Below, one piece after another: positions 1 through 10,200 of a DNA stretch of 53,017 nucleotides; positions within the stretch are counted from its first letter, which is position 1; each line of letters begins with the position of its first letter. Under the pieces are notes generated by a model. That model did no database searches. It saw nothing but the letters and a program-made list of their open reading frames with translations, and had not been told where the DNA came from. This DNA comes from a virus. Lineage: Duplodnaviria > Caudoviricetes. The position numbers and the translations under genes are program-made. The DNA is taken from IMG/VR virus record IMGVR_UViG_3300032116_000284, positions 1 through 53,017 of that record; one strand, given 5' to 3'.

Positions 1-10
1 AAGAAGCAGT

Positions 11-712
11 TCAGCGACAAGCCATAGCTCTGGCATGGATAGCTTTCACGGCCATTCTCTGATTCTTGGGAAGGTCTTGATATGTCTGGAGCTTGGAGGT
101 TGTTGCGGCCTTGCTTTCATGGAAGGCGAACGGCCTGTTTCTTACCTTTGTCATGAACTCTGCTGACTTGCCCATATCTAGGTCTCCCACAAGCACACGA
201 TTTCCATGCCCAGGGAACTCTGCCTTGTTCGTTCCCAGCAGGTAAGCGTCAACTCCACCCTTCGAGATTATCAACACGCTGTCTTGGCAGTAAAGCTCTC
301 CAAGCTTCTGTATGTTCGACATGAAGTCTGGGGAATCATTCAAGTTGGAAACAAACAGAGAATCTTCGGACACTTCCACTTGTTGTGGTGTGTTGAAGTT
401 CTCGATGTAACTCCCATCAACGTGAGTTACGCCATATCCCAGTGCTAGCAAGCTAGCCTTGATGTTTCTGTTGGCAAGCTTGTTCAGCAGTTCCGGCTTG
501 TTGGCAGTCTTCGAAAGTTCTTCTTGAGAGAAGGGACTGTCCTGGACAACGCACTTGGAACGATCGTGTTGATTTGCTCTCCAGCCCGTCAGGATAGCGC
601 TGTCGTGTTCGGAGATGTGCTTGAACAGCCTTGAAAGACTTGATTCGGATAGAATGGTGGCCTTGACGATAAGACCGATAACTTCGTTGAGAGGTAGCTT
701 AGCCATGGCCAT
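11..712 (-). CDS. conserved phage hypothetical protein (possible virion/head protein)
   Basis: 233-aa ORF directly after a TATTTAT late-type motif; N-terminal helix ending ILSE resembles the leaders of other putative head proteins here; start may be the second Met (706). Confidence 0.6.
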   Translation of the reverse strand: MAMAKLPLNEVIGLIVKATILSESSLSRLFKHISEHDSAILTGWRANQHDRSKCVVQDSPFSQEELSKTANKPELLNKLANRNIKASLLALGYGVTHVDGSYIENFNTPQQVEVSEDSLFVSNLNDSPDFMSNIQKLGELYCQDSVLIISKGGVDAYLLGTNKAEFPGHGNRVLVGDLDMGKSAEFMTKVRNRPFAFHESKAATTSKLQTYQDLPKNQRMAVKAIHARAMACR

Positions 713-716
713 AAAT

Positions 717-754
717 AGAGAAAGGGGCAGAAGATGATTAGTCCTCTGCCCCTT
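717..754 (-). terminator. rho-independent terminator after the SSB gene
   Basis: AAGGGGCAGA (722-731) / TCTGCCCCTT (745-754) inverted repeat followed by a T-rich tract on the minus strand. Confidence 0.7.
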
Positions 755-790
755 CCTTACGTCATCAAGGTGTCTTGACTGTCAGCTCAC

Positions 791-1627
791 TCACATGATG
801 CTGCTAAATGCATCATCGAGCTTGTCTTCGTTGGCCTTCGTGGTTGAAGTTGAAGCGGGATTGTGGTCCGTTCCATCTTCATCCGAGGAAGCACCAGCTC
901 CACCGGTTCCTGACACACGGCCAGCGATGTAGTTCTCCATGATTTCGATAAGCTTCTCTGGTGGATAGCAGAACTGCTTCATGGACTCTTCGAGGTTGGG
1001 CATGCCGTCAAGCCAAGCCTTTGCTTGGTTCTTGTCCTTGCTGAGAACCGATGGCTTCTTGCGTGGCTGCAGGCCGTATTCCTTCATTGGATAGCCGTTG
1101 AAGGTCTTTGGCTTGCCGTTCTCAAGAACTGGCGAGATGGTTACCGTGAAGTCATATCCCACTTCTGGCGAGAACATGTCTTCATCCACGTTGTCCTTGT
1201 GCATAAGGATATCGTAGACCTTCTGGCGGATAGCAGGTGTCAGCTCCCAAATCTGTGGACCCTTGTCTTCTTCACCACGAACGATAATGGTGGCGTAGAA
1301 CTTCTCTCTTGGACGAAGGTTCTTTGTGGTGTTCCAGTCCTCTTTCGACTTGGACTTGCGAAGAACAGCGAACTGATCCTTGATTGGGTCAGGCAAGCCA
1401 AAGCAAGATGGGGCGATGAACCTTCGCTCGGTAAGCTTCTCGTAATACTCAACCCGAAGGAAAGGCTCTCCTGTCGTGGTTGGCATTGGAAGGAATCTCA
1501 CATCGTGAGTTCCTAGAGTTGGCTTCCAGTAAACGTTCTTCTTTCCATCTGTCTTCTGGGCTGTTCCCCCGCCCTTCTCTCCCTTGGAAAGTGCTGCCTT
1601 GATAGCGTCTAGGTTGTATGATGCCAT
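791..1627 (-). CDS. T4 gp32-like single-stranded DNA-binding protein
   Basis: YWKPTLG..VRFLP, FYATIIVRGEEDKGPQIW, GYDFTV motifs and acidic C-terminal tail ending DDAFSSIM. Confidence 0.85.
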   Translation of the reverse strand: MASYNLDAIKAALSKGEKGGGTAQKTDGKKNVYWKPTLGTHDVRFLPMPTTTGEPFLRVEYYEKLTERRFIAPSCFGLPDPIKDQFAVLRKSKSKEDWNTTKNLRPREKFYATIIVRGEEDKGPQIWELTPAIRQKVYDILMHKDNVDEDMFSPEVGYDFTVTISPVLENGKPKTFNGYPMKEYGLQPRKKPSVLSKDKNQAKAWLDGMPNLEESMKQFCYPPEKLIEIMENYIAGRVSGTGGAGASSDEDGTDHNPASTSTTKANEDKLDDAFSSIM

Positions 1628-1742
1628 GATGTTTTGTTGGTTTCTTTCTTGGTTGGACTATTGGTTGCTTGTGAAATGCACACTTTGTGCTTGGAAAAGC
1701 TGTTGTGGTCCAGTCTATAAGTAGGTTGCTGGCCCTGTAAGT

Positions 1743-2381
1743 TCACTGAATCGGTTGAACTTGTGTCTTACCCTTACCTTGAATACAAGCGGCTTTTACT
1801 GCTTGTTGTAGAATCACGGCAAGCCATGGTTCGCCTTGAGTGACTTGATCGTCTCGTTTGTTGGTGTTGTTGATAGTGGAGACAGCGTACCAGACATCGA
1901 TATCAAGTTCAACGTTTAGTTTCGAACTCAGCCACCAGAGACTTATTTGAGTTGGTGGGACGTGCTGGAATCTATCAGCCACGTTGTAGAGAATACCAAG
2001 CTTGTCTCTGTGCCACTGACTGTCGTTGTCGACATAGTAGCTCTTCGTGTCTGTTCCAATCTTGCCAATGTCATGAAACAGGGCGGCAAGGATAAGGTCG
2101 TTTGCTGATACGGTATCCTGAAGGCCATATGCGTTTCTGAGCTTGGCCATGTTCTGCAACACTCTGAGTGAGTGCTCAACGAGCCCTCCTGGGTGGCAAC
2201 AGGTAAAGTCTGTCTTGGTTGATGCTGGAGCTACCATGATTCGGTCAGCTTCATCTTCCAGGAACTTGTCTATTGCTGCGTTGTTGAGTTTTGCCGCTTG
2301 CGTCTTGAACAGGTCGTAGTTCTTGATGATGACTTGCTCTAGTGACTGCTGTTTTGCTGCGCTTGTGGGATTGGTTGCCAT
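1743..2381 (-). CDS. HD-domain protein (YhaM-like), possibly degenerate
   Basis: APAS...HPGGLVEHSL and LFHDIGKIG motifs; terminal metal-binding Asp appears absent (ILQQAV). Confidence 0.75.
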   Translation of the reverse strand: MATNPTSAAKQQSLEQVIIKNYDLFKTQAAKLNNAAIDKFLEDEADRIMVAPASTKTDFTCCHPGGLVEHSLRVLQNMAKLRNAYGLQDTVSANDLILAALFHDIGKIGTDTKSYYVDNDSQWHRDKLGILYNVADRFQHVPPTQISLWWLSSKLNVELDIDVWYAVSTINNTNKRDDQVTQGEPWLAVILQQAVKAACIQGKGKTQVQPIQ

Positions 2382-2390
2382 ATGATTGTG

Positions 2391-3614
2391 TTATGCCTTG
2401 AGGTTGAATGACTTGTCGATGGACAGCGGAAACATTGTGGTTTGGTCTGGGAACTTCGGAAACCCAGTTGATGCAACCTTACCGAGACCGGATAACAAGT
2501 TCAACCTATTTGGGTGAACATCCATAATCAAGGCATCGTGAAGGACAAACAGTGGGATGATCTGCTCTGAGAAAGATGGCGGCAAATCTGACATGTACTC
2601 TATCAGATTTTTGAATCCCAGCATGGCTATATCAACGGCTGTGCTTTGGATATAGTGGTTCAGCAGTGTGTGTTGGTGTGTAGTCGTTATGCGTCTGCCA
2701 TAAAACGATGTTATCCAGCGCTGGTTTGACGGTTCAGATATCCATTCTGTCCTGAGTCTTGAGGTTATGCCATCAACGTCGAACATAACCTTCACGTTGT
2801 GGATGAGCAACTCTGCATAACCATGAAGCTCAACAGGTATGCCTTCCTTGATGGTATCCTTGCTGGCTCCATATAGCTGTGCCAACAACACTCCCTTGAT
2901 TACCTTCCGGGTTAGCGCTCCTGTCTCTAGCCCCATGTCCCTTGTAAGCTTATCTACCATCCACATGTATATGTCACTCTTATCTATCCCTATAATGGTA
3001 CCCTCCAACCCCTCTGCAACCCTCTCTGGTAATGTTCCACTGGCTAGAGAAATACCAGGGTGGTTGTTATAGGGCAACTGGAGTAGGGTTAGGGGTTCAA
3101 GGGCACGATAATCAAGAGAGACGATGTGTCCTCCATCCCACCTTGACTCCAGGATGTTTCTATAGCTTCTGGGTAGATGTAGGATGTTGGGACCGGCAAC
3201 AACCTTCAACCTTCCTGTCACTGTATCAAGTCTGCTATATTCAACAGGCATAGCATACCCGTTGTTGTTAGGCTGGAAGGACTGCACGACTCCTAGCTTG
3301 TCCTGAGATACGGCTTCATTCCAAGCGTCACTGTTTATCTTGGCCGGTTGTAGCGCATCAAACACAGACTCCGTGGGAAGATAAATGTCGTGGTAGTAGC
3401 TCAAGTCCAACCCCTGCAGAGCTTCGGCATGCTCTCTAGATAGCCTCTCAGTCTCTCTATACGCCTTATCCGGGCACACAACGTTCCATGGCACACGTTG
3501 GTGCGGCAGGGTTGGTGCAAGCCCCCTATAAGCCTTCAGGTAAGGTTCAGGGGCTAGGGGTGGAGGTTGAAGCAGATAAAGCTTCTCGATAATGGAAGTG
3601 CTGTGTTGTTTCAT
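2391..3614 (-). CDS. minimal family A DNA polymerase (polymerase domain only)
   Basis: TVTGRL, motif A SLDYRALE, motif B RKVIKGVLLAQLYG, SFYGRR, NHYIQSTAVDI, motif C LHDAL; no exonuclease domain seen; start chosen at MKQH (track start 3635). Confidence 0.8.
   Translation of the reverse strand: MKQHSTSIIEKLYLLQPPPLAPEPYLKAYRGLAPTLPHQRVPWNVVCPDKAYRETERLSREHAEALQGLDLSYYHDIYLPTESVFDALQPAKINSDAWNEAVSQDKLGVVQSFQPNNNGYAMPVEYSRLDTVTGRLKVVAGPNILHLPRSYRNILESRWDGGHIVSLDYRALEPLTLLQLPYNNHPGISLASGTLPERVAEGLEGTIIGIDKSDIYMWMVDKLTRDMGLETGALTRKVIKGVLLAQLYGASKDTIKEGIPVELHGYAELLIHNVKVMFDVDGITSRLRTEWISEPSNQRWITSFYGRRITTTHQHTLLNHYIQSTAVDIAMLGFKNLIEYMSDLPPSFSEQIIPLFVLHDALIMDVHPNRLNLLSGLGKVASTGFPKFPDQTTMFPLSIDKSFNLKA
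3020..3049 (-). repeat. dispersed 30-bp element, copy 1 (inside polA-like gene)
   Basis: reverse complement reads CTCTAGCC-AGTGGAACATTACCAGAGAGGG; 22-bp core identical to 20911-20932 and 41894-41915. Confidence 0.95.
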
Positions 3615-3657
3615 ATGGTACTGGTAAGGTACCATGCGAATAACTCTAGCTGCTGGA

Positions 3658-6600
3658 TTATCTTCTTGTTCGTCTTGGGGACGGGGCAGAGGTAGGAGTT
3701 GAAGGTGTTGTCGACGTTGACCCTAGGGCTTGGATGGTGGCTCTTGCGGTGTTGAGCTGGCCGATAAGGTTTCTGTACTGCCCAAAAGCATCATTTGCCG
3801 TGAGTTTCAGGGTTGTTTCGAACGTGCCGCCTTCGAACTTGTGGGTAAGACCGGTTACGTAGTAGATGTTGTCAGCCGTTGTGTTGGTGTTGAAGTCAAC
3901 GAACAGTTCTTGGGAGTATCTTACGAACGGGCATCCTAGAGTTGTGATAGAAAGCTGAACAGGATAGATGGACAGAGGCACGCCTCCTGGCTGTTCACCA
4001 TTTGCCAACACGGGGTCGCCATTCAAGCTTCTCTGCATGTTGATGGTTGACATCAACGGATCGCTGTTGCTTGACAGGTTTGCAGACTTGATTGTTGTTC
4101 CCATGCAACCGTAGATGATGTGCGGAACGAACTTCATCACCATCTCTTTCAGTTTCTTCGGTCCACCCTTGAGCCTGTACTGCGTGCTGCTGTTGGGAAG
4201 AGTTTCGATGATTCCATGGGACAGAGCGTGGTTGACCACACTAGTGTGAATCTGTCGCCAGTTGGCAAGCAAGTCACTGTCTGAAGGTGGGGCTTGAATT
4301 CCCGTTGGGTTTTCTTGCCTTCTGATGTTGTTGTTGTCAAGTACAGCTCTGCCTGCACCTTCGTCTCCTGGGAACGCCGAGAGTGTCGACAGAACGTTGT
4401 TGGTTGACAGAGTAAGCAACTCTCTCAACGTGCTGTTGGGAGAACAAGCCTTGTCATACACATGCAACTTTAGAATCGTCTTGGAAGGGTCATAAGCGTA
4501 TGGTACAGCTTCAATGTCAAAGGTGACTTGAGGCATGGTGAAGTCCGGAGACCTGCTTATGTTGTTTTCCGTCATGATGTTGGCCATGCGACGGTTGAAC
4601 TCATCTTGGGAACCGACAATCTCTAGTTCGGAACCTTCAACGTTCTTCTTGTAAAGGTCGTTGATTAGGTAAGCGGGATTCATCGGATCATCAATCATCT
4701 TGTTGGCAAGGAACGAGATGAACTCAGCAACGGACAAGTTGACGGCCCTGCTCGTGTTCTCTAGTCTCAGTCTTGAATACTCCCTTGCAAAGAAGTCCGT
4801 ATATACAGGGAACTGACTGATGTTGCACCTGCTCATCAACGACGCCTTGTTGTTGAAGTTGTAGAAGTATACCTGAACCTCTTCAAACTTAGGCTTGCCG
4901 CTTATGGTGTCCTTCACCTTGGCAAGAGGCTTGGCCACAAAACTCATAACGAGCGTACCAAGAGACAAAACACCTTCAGTGTTAGCAACAGTGCTGGCAA
5001 GTTGATCCCTGTCAGCCCTGGCAACCTGTGTGCCGGAGATTCTTACCGTTTTGTTCCTGAGTCTTTCCTTCGCTGCGGACTGTCTTAGGAATATGTCGTT
5101 GTCAAAGCTGTTGTTCGATGTTCCTTGAACGTTGATTCCTCGAAGAGTGTCTTGAATATCCCTGTTCACAGAACGACGAATAGAACTTACCGAGCCACCG
5201 GTTGTGGTTCTAGAGTTGCCTGTTCCTGGCCCTAGGAGCTCGTCCAGTCGCCTTCTGAGTTGGCTTGCAGCATTCCGTATAGGCTGAGCGTTGTTGCCTC
5301 TAGAACCTGCCCTGGCGGCCAAGGAGCGCCTTAGCTCTGCAAGGTCGGAGAACAACTCTTGAGACAGCACAAGATAGTTGGTTGCATCGCCTGCAGCTGC
5401 CAACATCTGATGGCCTCTTATCTCTTGGCGTTGGTTTCCTTGAGAGCCGTTTGCGCTAGGGCTTCCAAACACTGCCGAAGCAAGGTCGTTGATTTCTCTT
5501 GACAGCGTTTCAACCCTTGCAATCTGTGTGCGAAGCTCAGCTGTGCTCTCTCCTGTTATGGACAGTTCTGTCGTTTCAGCTACACCTCTGGTTACAAGGT
5601 TCAACGTGATGTTGACTTCGCCAACGTCGCCAAAAGAGAAGTTGCTGGTGACGATGCTATAATGTTCCTTGATGCGTGTAAGGTTCAGTAGGTCTGCATA
5701 TGGGTTACCGCTATCAAGAGCATCCGGATGACTCCAACCGTACTCCACTTCGATAAACGAAGAACCATATCTGTCTGGCTTCACGAAGTCAGCAAACTCA
5801 CCAAGTCTCGAACGGTCATGCAACACAAGTTCAAGGCGTGCTGTCTTCGTTGACATCAACCCAACAGTGCTCTTTACGTCAACATCGAAGCTCTTGATGC
5901 TGGCAAGGGGTCGTGATGGATCAATCACCGGCGCCAGATAGTTCGACTCGTTCTTGATAGCTTCACGGTTGATGAGCGTTTGAGGAGTCTTGAACAGCTC
6001 CAGTCCAACAACGCTATAGTTTTGGAACTGCTGTTCTGTGTTGCCAAACAAGCTAGCTGTAACTTGACTTGCCAAGTTCATAGCCGCCAGCGCCTTGTTG
6101 TTTGGATCGACTGTGGCAGCACCCTCCAAGAACTTCTGAATGGTTATAGCTCCAAGCTTCCCATCTTGAAGGACTTGCCTGCTACTATAGAGCTTGATGT
6201 CCAGAACAGGTGTTGCTCTCTGAAGTTCAAGAGTTGGGAATGCGTTGAAAAACACGGACAACAGCTCGGCGTTCTTCTCTCCTGGAATCAGCATGGGATG
6301 TTCCATCCTGAAGGCCACGATTTTCTTCGCTATGTCGAATACGGCTTGAGGTTGCGAACCAAGCTGTCCTCGCTCTTCGGGTTTGAACCCTATCTGCCCC
6401 AAGTCATCGTTCAGCACGTTACCTGAAGATCCTTGCCTCCCGGTTGCTATCGTGTTGCTGCTGTCATAGTGGGCTTTCACACAGCGAGACAGCTTGCGAA
6501 GTTTTGATGCGTCACCGCCAGCTTCTGCCACTCTTGTTGCTAGTTGCTCAAGAATTGAACGCTGGTTGTCGTTGAAGGCTTTCCTTCCACCCTCACCGGT

Positions 6601-6885
6601 GTCGAGAAACAGCTGGAACACTTCGTTGGTCACGGCATCTACATCTCGAATGTTCAGCCGCTCGTCTACAGTCCTGTTGTTTACATCGCCAGGAACAAGC
6701 GTTTCTGAAGTACCTCTGTTGTCGAACTCTCTAGAACGTTGTTCACCGACAGCCTGCGAGAACGCCAGAGCTTGACTCACGGTACCTTTGTCCAGGAAAC
6801 CGAAGTACCTTGCAAGGTCTTTTCTAAGAAGCGCTAGTTTTTGGCTTCTTATCTCTCTCGTCAGCCCTAGGTCTAGTTTCAGCAT
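3658..6885 (-). CDS. baseplate hub protein (P2 gpD / T4 gp27-like)
   Basis: SIKSFDVDV...TARLELVLHD...IEVEYGWS N-terminal hub motifs; C-terminal LSITTLGCP...FVDF...YYVTGLTHKFEGGTFETTLKL; follows the LysM gene in the tail module. Confidence 0.7.
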   Translation of the reverse strand: MLKLDLGLTREIRSQKLALLRKDLARYFGFLDKGTVSQALAFSQAVGEQRSREFDNRGTSETLVPGDVNNRTVDERLNIRDVDAVTNEVFQLFLDTGEGGRKAFNDNQRSILEQLATRVAEAGGDASKLRKLSRCVKAHYDSSNTIATGRQGSSGNVLNDDLGQIGFKPEERGQLGSQPQAVFDIAKKIVAFRMEHPMLIPGEKNAELLSVFFNAFPTLELQRATPVLDIKLYSSRQVLQDGKLGAITIQKFLEGAATVDPNNKALAAMNLASQVTASLFGNTEQQFQNYSVVGLELFKTPQTLINREAIKNESNYLAPVIDPSRPLASIKSFDVDVKSTVGLMSTKTARLELVLHDRSRLGEFADFVKPDRYGSSFIEVEYGWSHPDALDSGNPYADLLNLTRIKEHYSIVTSNFSFGDVGEVNITLNLVTRGVAETTELSITGESTAELRTQIARVETLSREINDLASAVFGSPSANGSQGNQRQEIRGHQMLAAAGDATNYLVLSQELFSDLAELRRSLAARAGSRGNNAQPIRNAASQLRRRLDELLGPGTGNSRTTTGGSVSSIRRSVNRDIQDTLRGINVQGTSNNSFDNDIFLRQSAAKERLRNKTVRISGTQVARADRDQLASTVANTEGVLSLGTLVMSFVAKPLAKVKDTISGKPKFEEVQVYFYNFNNKASLMSRCNISQFPVYTDFFAREYSRLRLENTSRAVNLSVAEFISFLANKMIDDPMNPAYLINDLYKKNVEGSELEIVGSQDEFNRRMANIMTENNISRSPDFTMPQVTFDIEAVPYAYDPSKTILKLHVYDKACSPNSTLRELLTLSTNNVLSTLSAFPGDEGAGRAVLDNNNIRRQENPTGIQAPPSDSDLLANWRQIHTSVVNHALSHGIIETLPNSSTQYRLKGGPKKLKEMVMKFVPHIIYGCMGTTIKSANLSSNSDPLMSTINMQRSLNGDPVLANGEQPGGVPLSIYPVQLSITTLGCPFVRYSQELFVDFNTNTTADNIYYVTGLTHKFEGGTFETTLKLTANDAFGQYRNLIGQLNTARATIQALGSTSTTPSTPTSAPSPRRTRR

Positions 6886-6917
6886 GATGTCTTATAGCTA
6901 TAGAGGGGACTTTTCTA

Positions 6918-7211
6918 CTAGCCCAGGTATCTAAGAGCTTGTTCTAGGTCAGGAATCACGATTCTTGTGTTCACTGGGCACTGCGGAGCCCAGCCTATCG
7001 ATGAGGCTGCAGCTATAAGCCAGTAGTACCTTCCATCACCGTAATACTGCCCCGCCAACACGTCAAGTCGAATGACTTCCTTGAGGTATATCACCGTTGT
7101 CCGGATAGCTCCCGATGCAACAGCTGCTCGTATCTTAGAAACGGACTCGGATGTGCCATATTGCACACCGAAATTCACTCTTGGCGTTGTTGAGTATCTG
7201 CTAACGGCCAT
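6918..7211 (-). CDS. LysM-like baseplate/tail protein (P2 gpX / T4 gp53-like)
   Basis: MAVSRY...RLDVLAGQYYGDGRYYWLIAAAS...RIVIP. Confidence 0.85.
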   Translation of the reverse strand: MAVSRYSTTPRVNFGVQYGTSESVSKIRAAVASGAIRTTVIYLKEVIRLDVLAGQYYGDGRYYWLIAAASSIGWAPQCPVNTRIVIPDLEQALRYLG

Positions 7212-7214
7212 ATA

Positions 7215-10200
7215 TCAGCCTTTCCTGTTCAGCGTTGGGTTTGACAGCGGGTTGAATCTGTTTATGTTTCCTTGAGCAGACACAGACTGAGCGTCGTTGG
7301 CTGTTGGCGGTGTTGTTGTGTTGCCGTTGTTCATGTAGTAGTTCGAGTAAGGGCCAACAGGCCACACAGGAGCCGTCATGATGCCATTAGCGTCCAATCC
7401 TGGTGTAATGTCATGGATTACGGACATTCCAAGGTTTACCGTTACAAACTTCGGAGCTCTGGACTTGGTGCTTCCATCTGTACTCCAGCTGCCCTTAGCT
7501 TCTGAGTAATCCACCTTGAAACTGGTAATGACACCAGCAAGACCCTGTCCGCCAGAAGACTTGAAAGCTTTCAACACCGGGTTCTCTGTTTCAGAAAAGA
7601 ACTGTTGGCCAGTGAGAGATTCAAGCCCTGCTGTGCTTGTGTTTCTCGCTGTGGACACCGAACCACTTGTTGTTGGTTGGCCGGTCACGACTTGTTGTTC
7701 GTCTCTTACCGTTCTGTTCTGAGAACTGTCAATGCGCTTTTGAAGTTCTCTTGCCGTCCTTTGCTGGTCAAGAGCTCTTGCAAACACGTTGCTTGTGTTC
7801 AAGGGCAACTGGAGAGTTGGTGATGTTCCTGCCTGTGCGTTGATTGGCACGGTTGGGTAGCCACCAATGTCGTTGTTCCCAAGAAACGAGCTGCCACCAA
7901 CTCTGATGTCTCGGATGTAGTTCTTTAGTTGCAAGACAACCTTCGAGGTCTGTGAATCTGTTCGAACATATTCGGCAACGATTCTGCTCTCTTGTGTTAT
8001 GAGTTTGGTAAACGGTGTGTTGCTTGCGCTATAGCCACGAAGATACTGAGAAAGAACCTCTGGCTTCAACACAAGCTTGTCTCCGGGCTGGAACAGTTGA
8101 TCCGGTGTAACCACAGGAGACAACCCAACAGCTGTTGCTGCCCTTGCCATAATGGTCAAGTTCTGACTGTTCAGAATGGAAACAGGCCCATACATTAGTG
8201 CGCTGTTTGCACTGGTGCTGTCTGTTGTTGTTGTTGCGCCTGTTGGCACAGAGCCATCCCTGCTCGAAGTTCTACCGTCAGCTGTTGGAGCCACTCTGTT
8301 TCCTTGCACGTTGAAAGTGCTAAGCGTTGTTGCTCCAAACAGTCTTGCAACTGCCATCTTGCTGAAGTTGGTTTTGAACAAGTCCCCGAGTCTTAGTCGG
8401 ACAACAGGAGAAGCTCCTGGAATCTGAGAGAACGGCTGTATGAACCTCACGTTGTCTACGTTTACTTCTCTGCCCTGCGTCCACTGTGGATATATCATGG
8501 TCACTAGCTTGTTGAGCTTGTACCACATGACGGAGTGATCGTCTTCGTTGGTTGCAACCATCTTGAAGGAAACGGTCACCGTTCTTGTTGTGCCTCTGTG
8601 TGTCTGTACCTTATCTTGCCTGCCATAGCCTTCTTGTGCTGTGTATTCCACAGAGAAGTCTTCCCCTACGTCTTCAAGGAAAGCGTGGAACTGAACGATT
8701 TCGTTGGTTCGCAAGTCGTGGATATAGAATGGCATGTAGTCCGACTCTAGGGACTGTTCATACTTCGCAACCATATCGGCTGAGATTCTACCAGAACGAA
8801 CAGCTTGGTTCCTGTCGCCAGCTGTCCTGAAGTTTGGCTGTTCGTTTCCATCGGTGTTTATCACGTCCGGATAACCTTCAACAAGAGACACACCGGCTTC
8901 TCTCAAGTTCCTGTTGGTTCCTGCGCCTGGGTTGTACAGAGAACCAAGAGGAAGAGACAGCATGCTCGTTGTTGACATACCCCACGCCAACTTCCCGTTC
9001 TTGCTCAGTCTGGACTTGGCGATGTAGTTTCTTCGCACATCTGGCAGGCTGTCAATAAAGGACACGGTGCTTCTGCCATCTGTGTTATAGTCTGGATTAC
9101 CGTTATCCGCTGCGTCTTGAACGATGTCCTGGTTCTGGAGAACTCTGTCCCCCAGGTTCATCAGGACGTTTATGAATGACACGAGCTTCAATCTCTTGAG
9201 TCTCTCTAGCAGGGCGCTTGCACCTGCCACAGAAAACCCCTCAGAGGGTATAGCGGCCACATCTGAGAGCAAACCTATGCCACTTCGGAGTATCTCACGG
9301 AGCAGGGTACTGATTCTGCCACTTTCGGTCAATATCTTCGAACTTGCAGTGGCCAGTTGCTGCACAGCCGCCGTGTTGCCTGTGGCGTTGAAGTTTCCAA
9401 GCAGTCGGAAACCAAAAAACTCTTCAAGACCAGCAAACAGACAGTCTCCTCTGTTGTGTTGCACTGTGTCAAACAGAGTCGTGACACCGGATACGTCTCT
9501 CAAGAAGTCCAGTCCAGAAGTAATCTTTCCTTTTGGATAGACCGTAGAAGACTTCAAAACGGAAGTGCCAAGCAGGTCTGCCTTCTCTTGGGTTGACAGC
9601 GACGCATACCCAACAATGGTACCATCACCGGAACCCTGCTGAACCAGAAACCCAACGCTCTCAAGGACAAGGGTGAAGGCAACGACCAACGCTACAGCCA
9701 CAGCGACTTGTCCGGTAGGAACAAGTGTGTTGAACTGGGAGTATGGACTGTAGAACGACCCATATGTCTCCAGACTGTCAGTGTTGTCGATGAAGGTTGT
9801 TCTTGAGCCCTTGTCGATTCCGTAGACTTTCTTGAGTTCTCTTGCCCCAGAGAATCTGCCGAGAGATATCTTCTTGCCAAGCCTTGTTGGTGAAGGTACC
9901 GCCGCTCTTGCTTCTGCTTCAACTGTGTTGTCTTTTGTAACAACGAAGTCGAAGTCCGCTCCACCCTGTGAAGCATCGAACAACGAGTTCAATGCAAGAA
10001 TCTGCATGTCTTCAACAGTTAGTCGTTTTGCTGCAACTGTCTGTCCAGAGATTGTAGGTTGCCCAACATAACTGGTCTTAGCATAGGCACCAAGTTGGTT
10101 GTAGAAGACAGAACCAAGCTCCAGCTTCGTGTCAGGCTGAGTACCATCCCCAGTTGGATTCAAAAACTTATGCTCTTCGTTGAAACCGGTTGTTTCAAGC

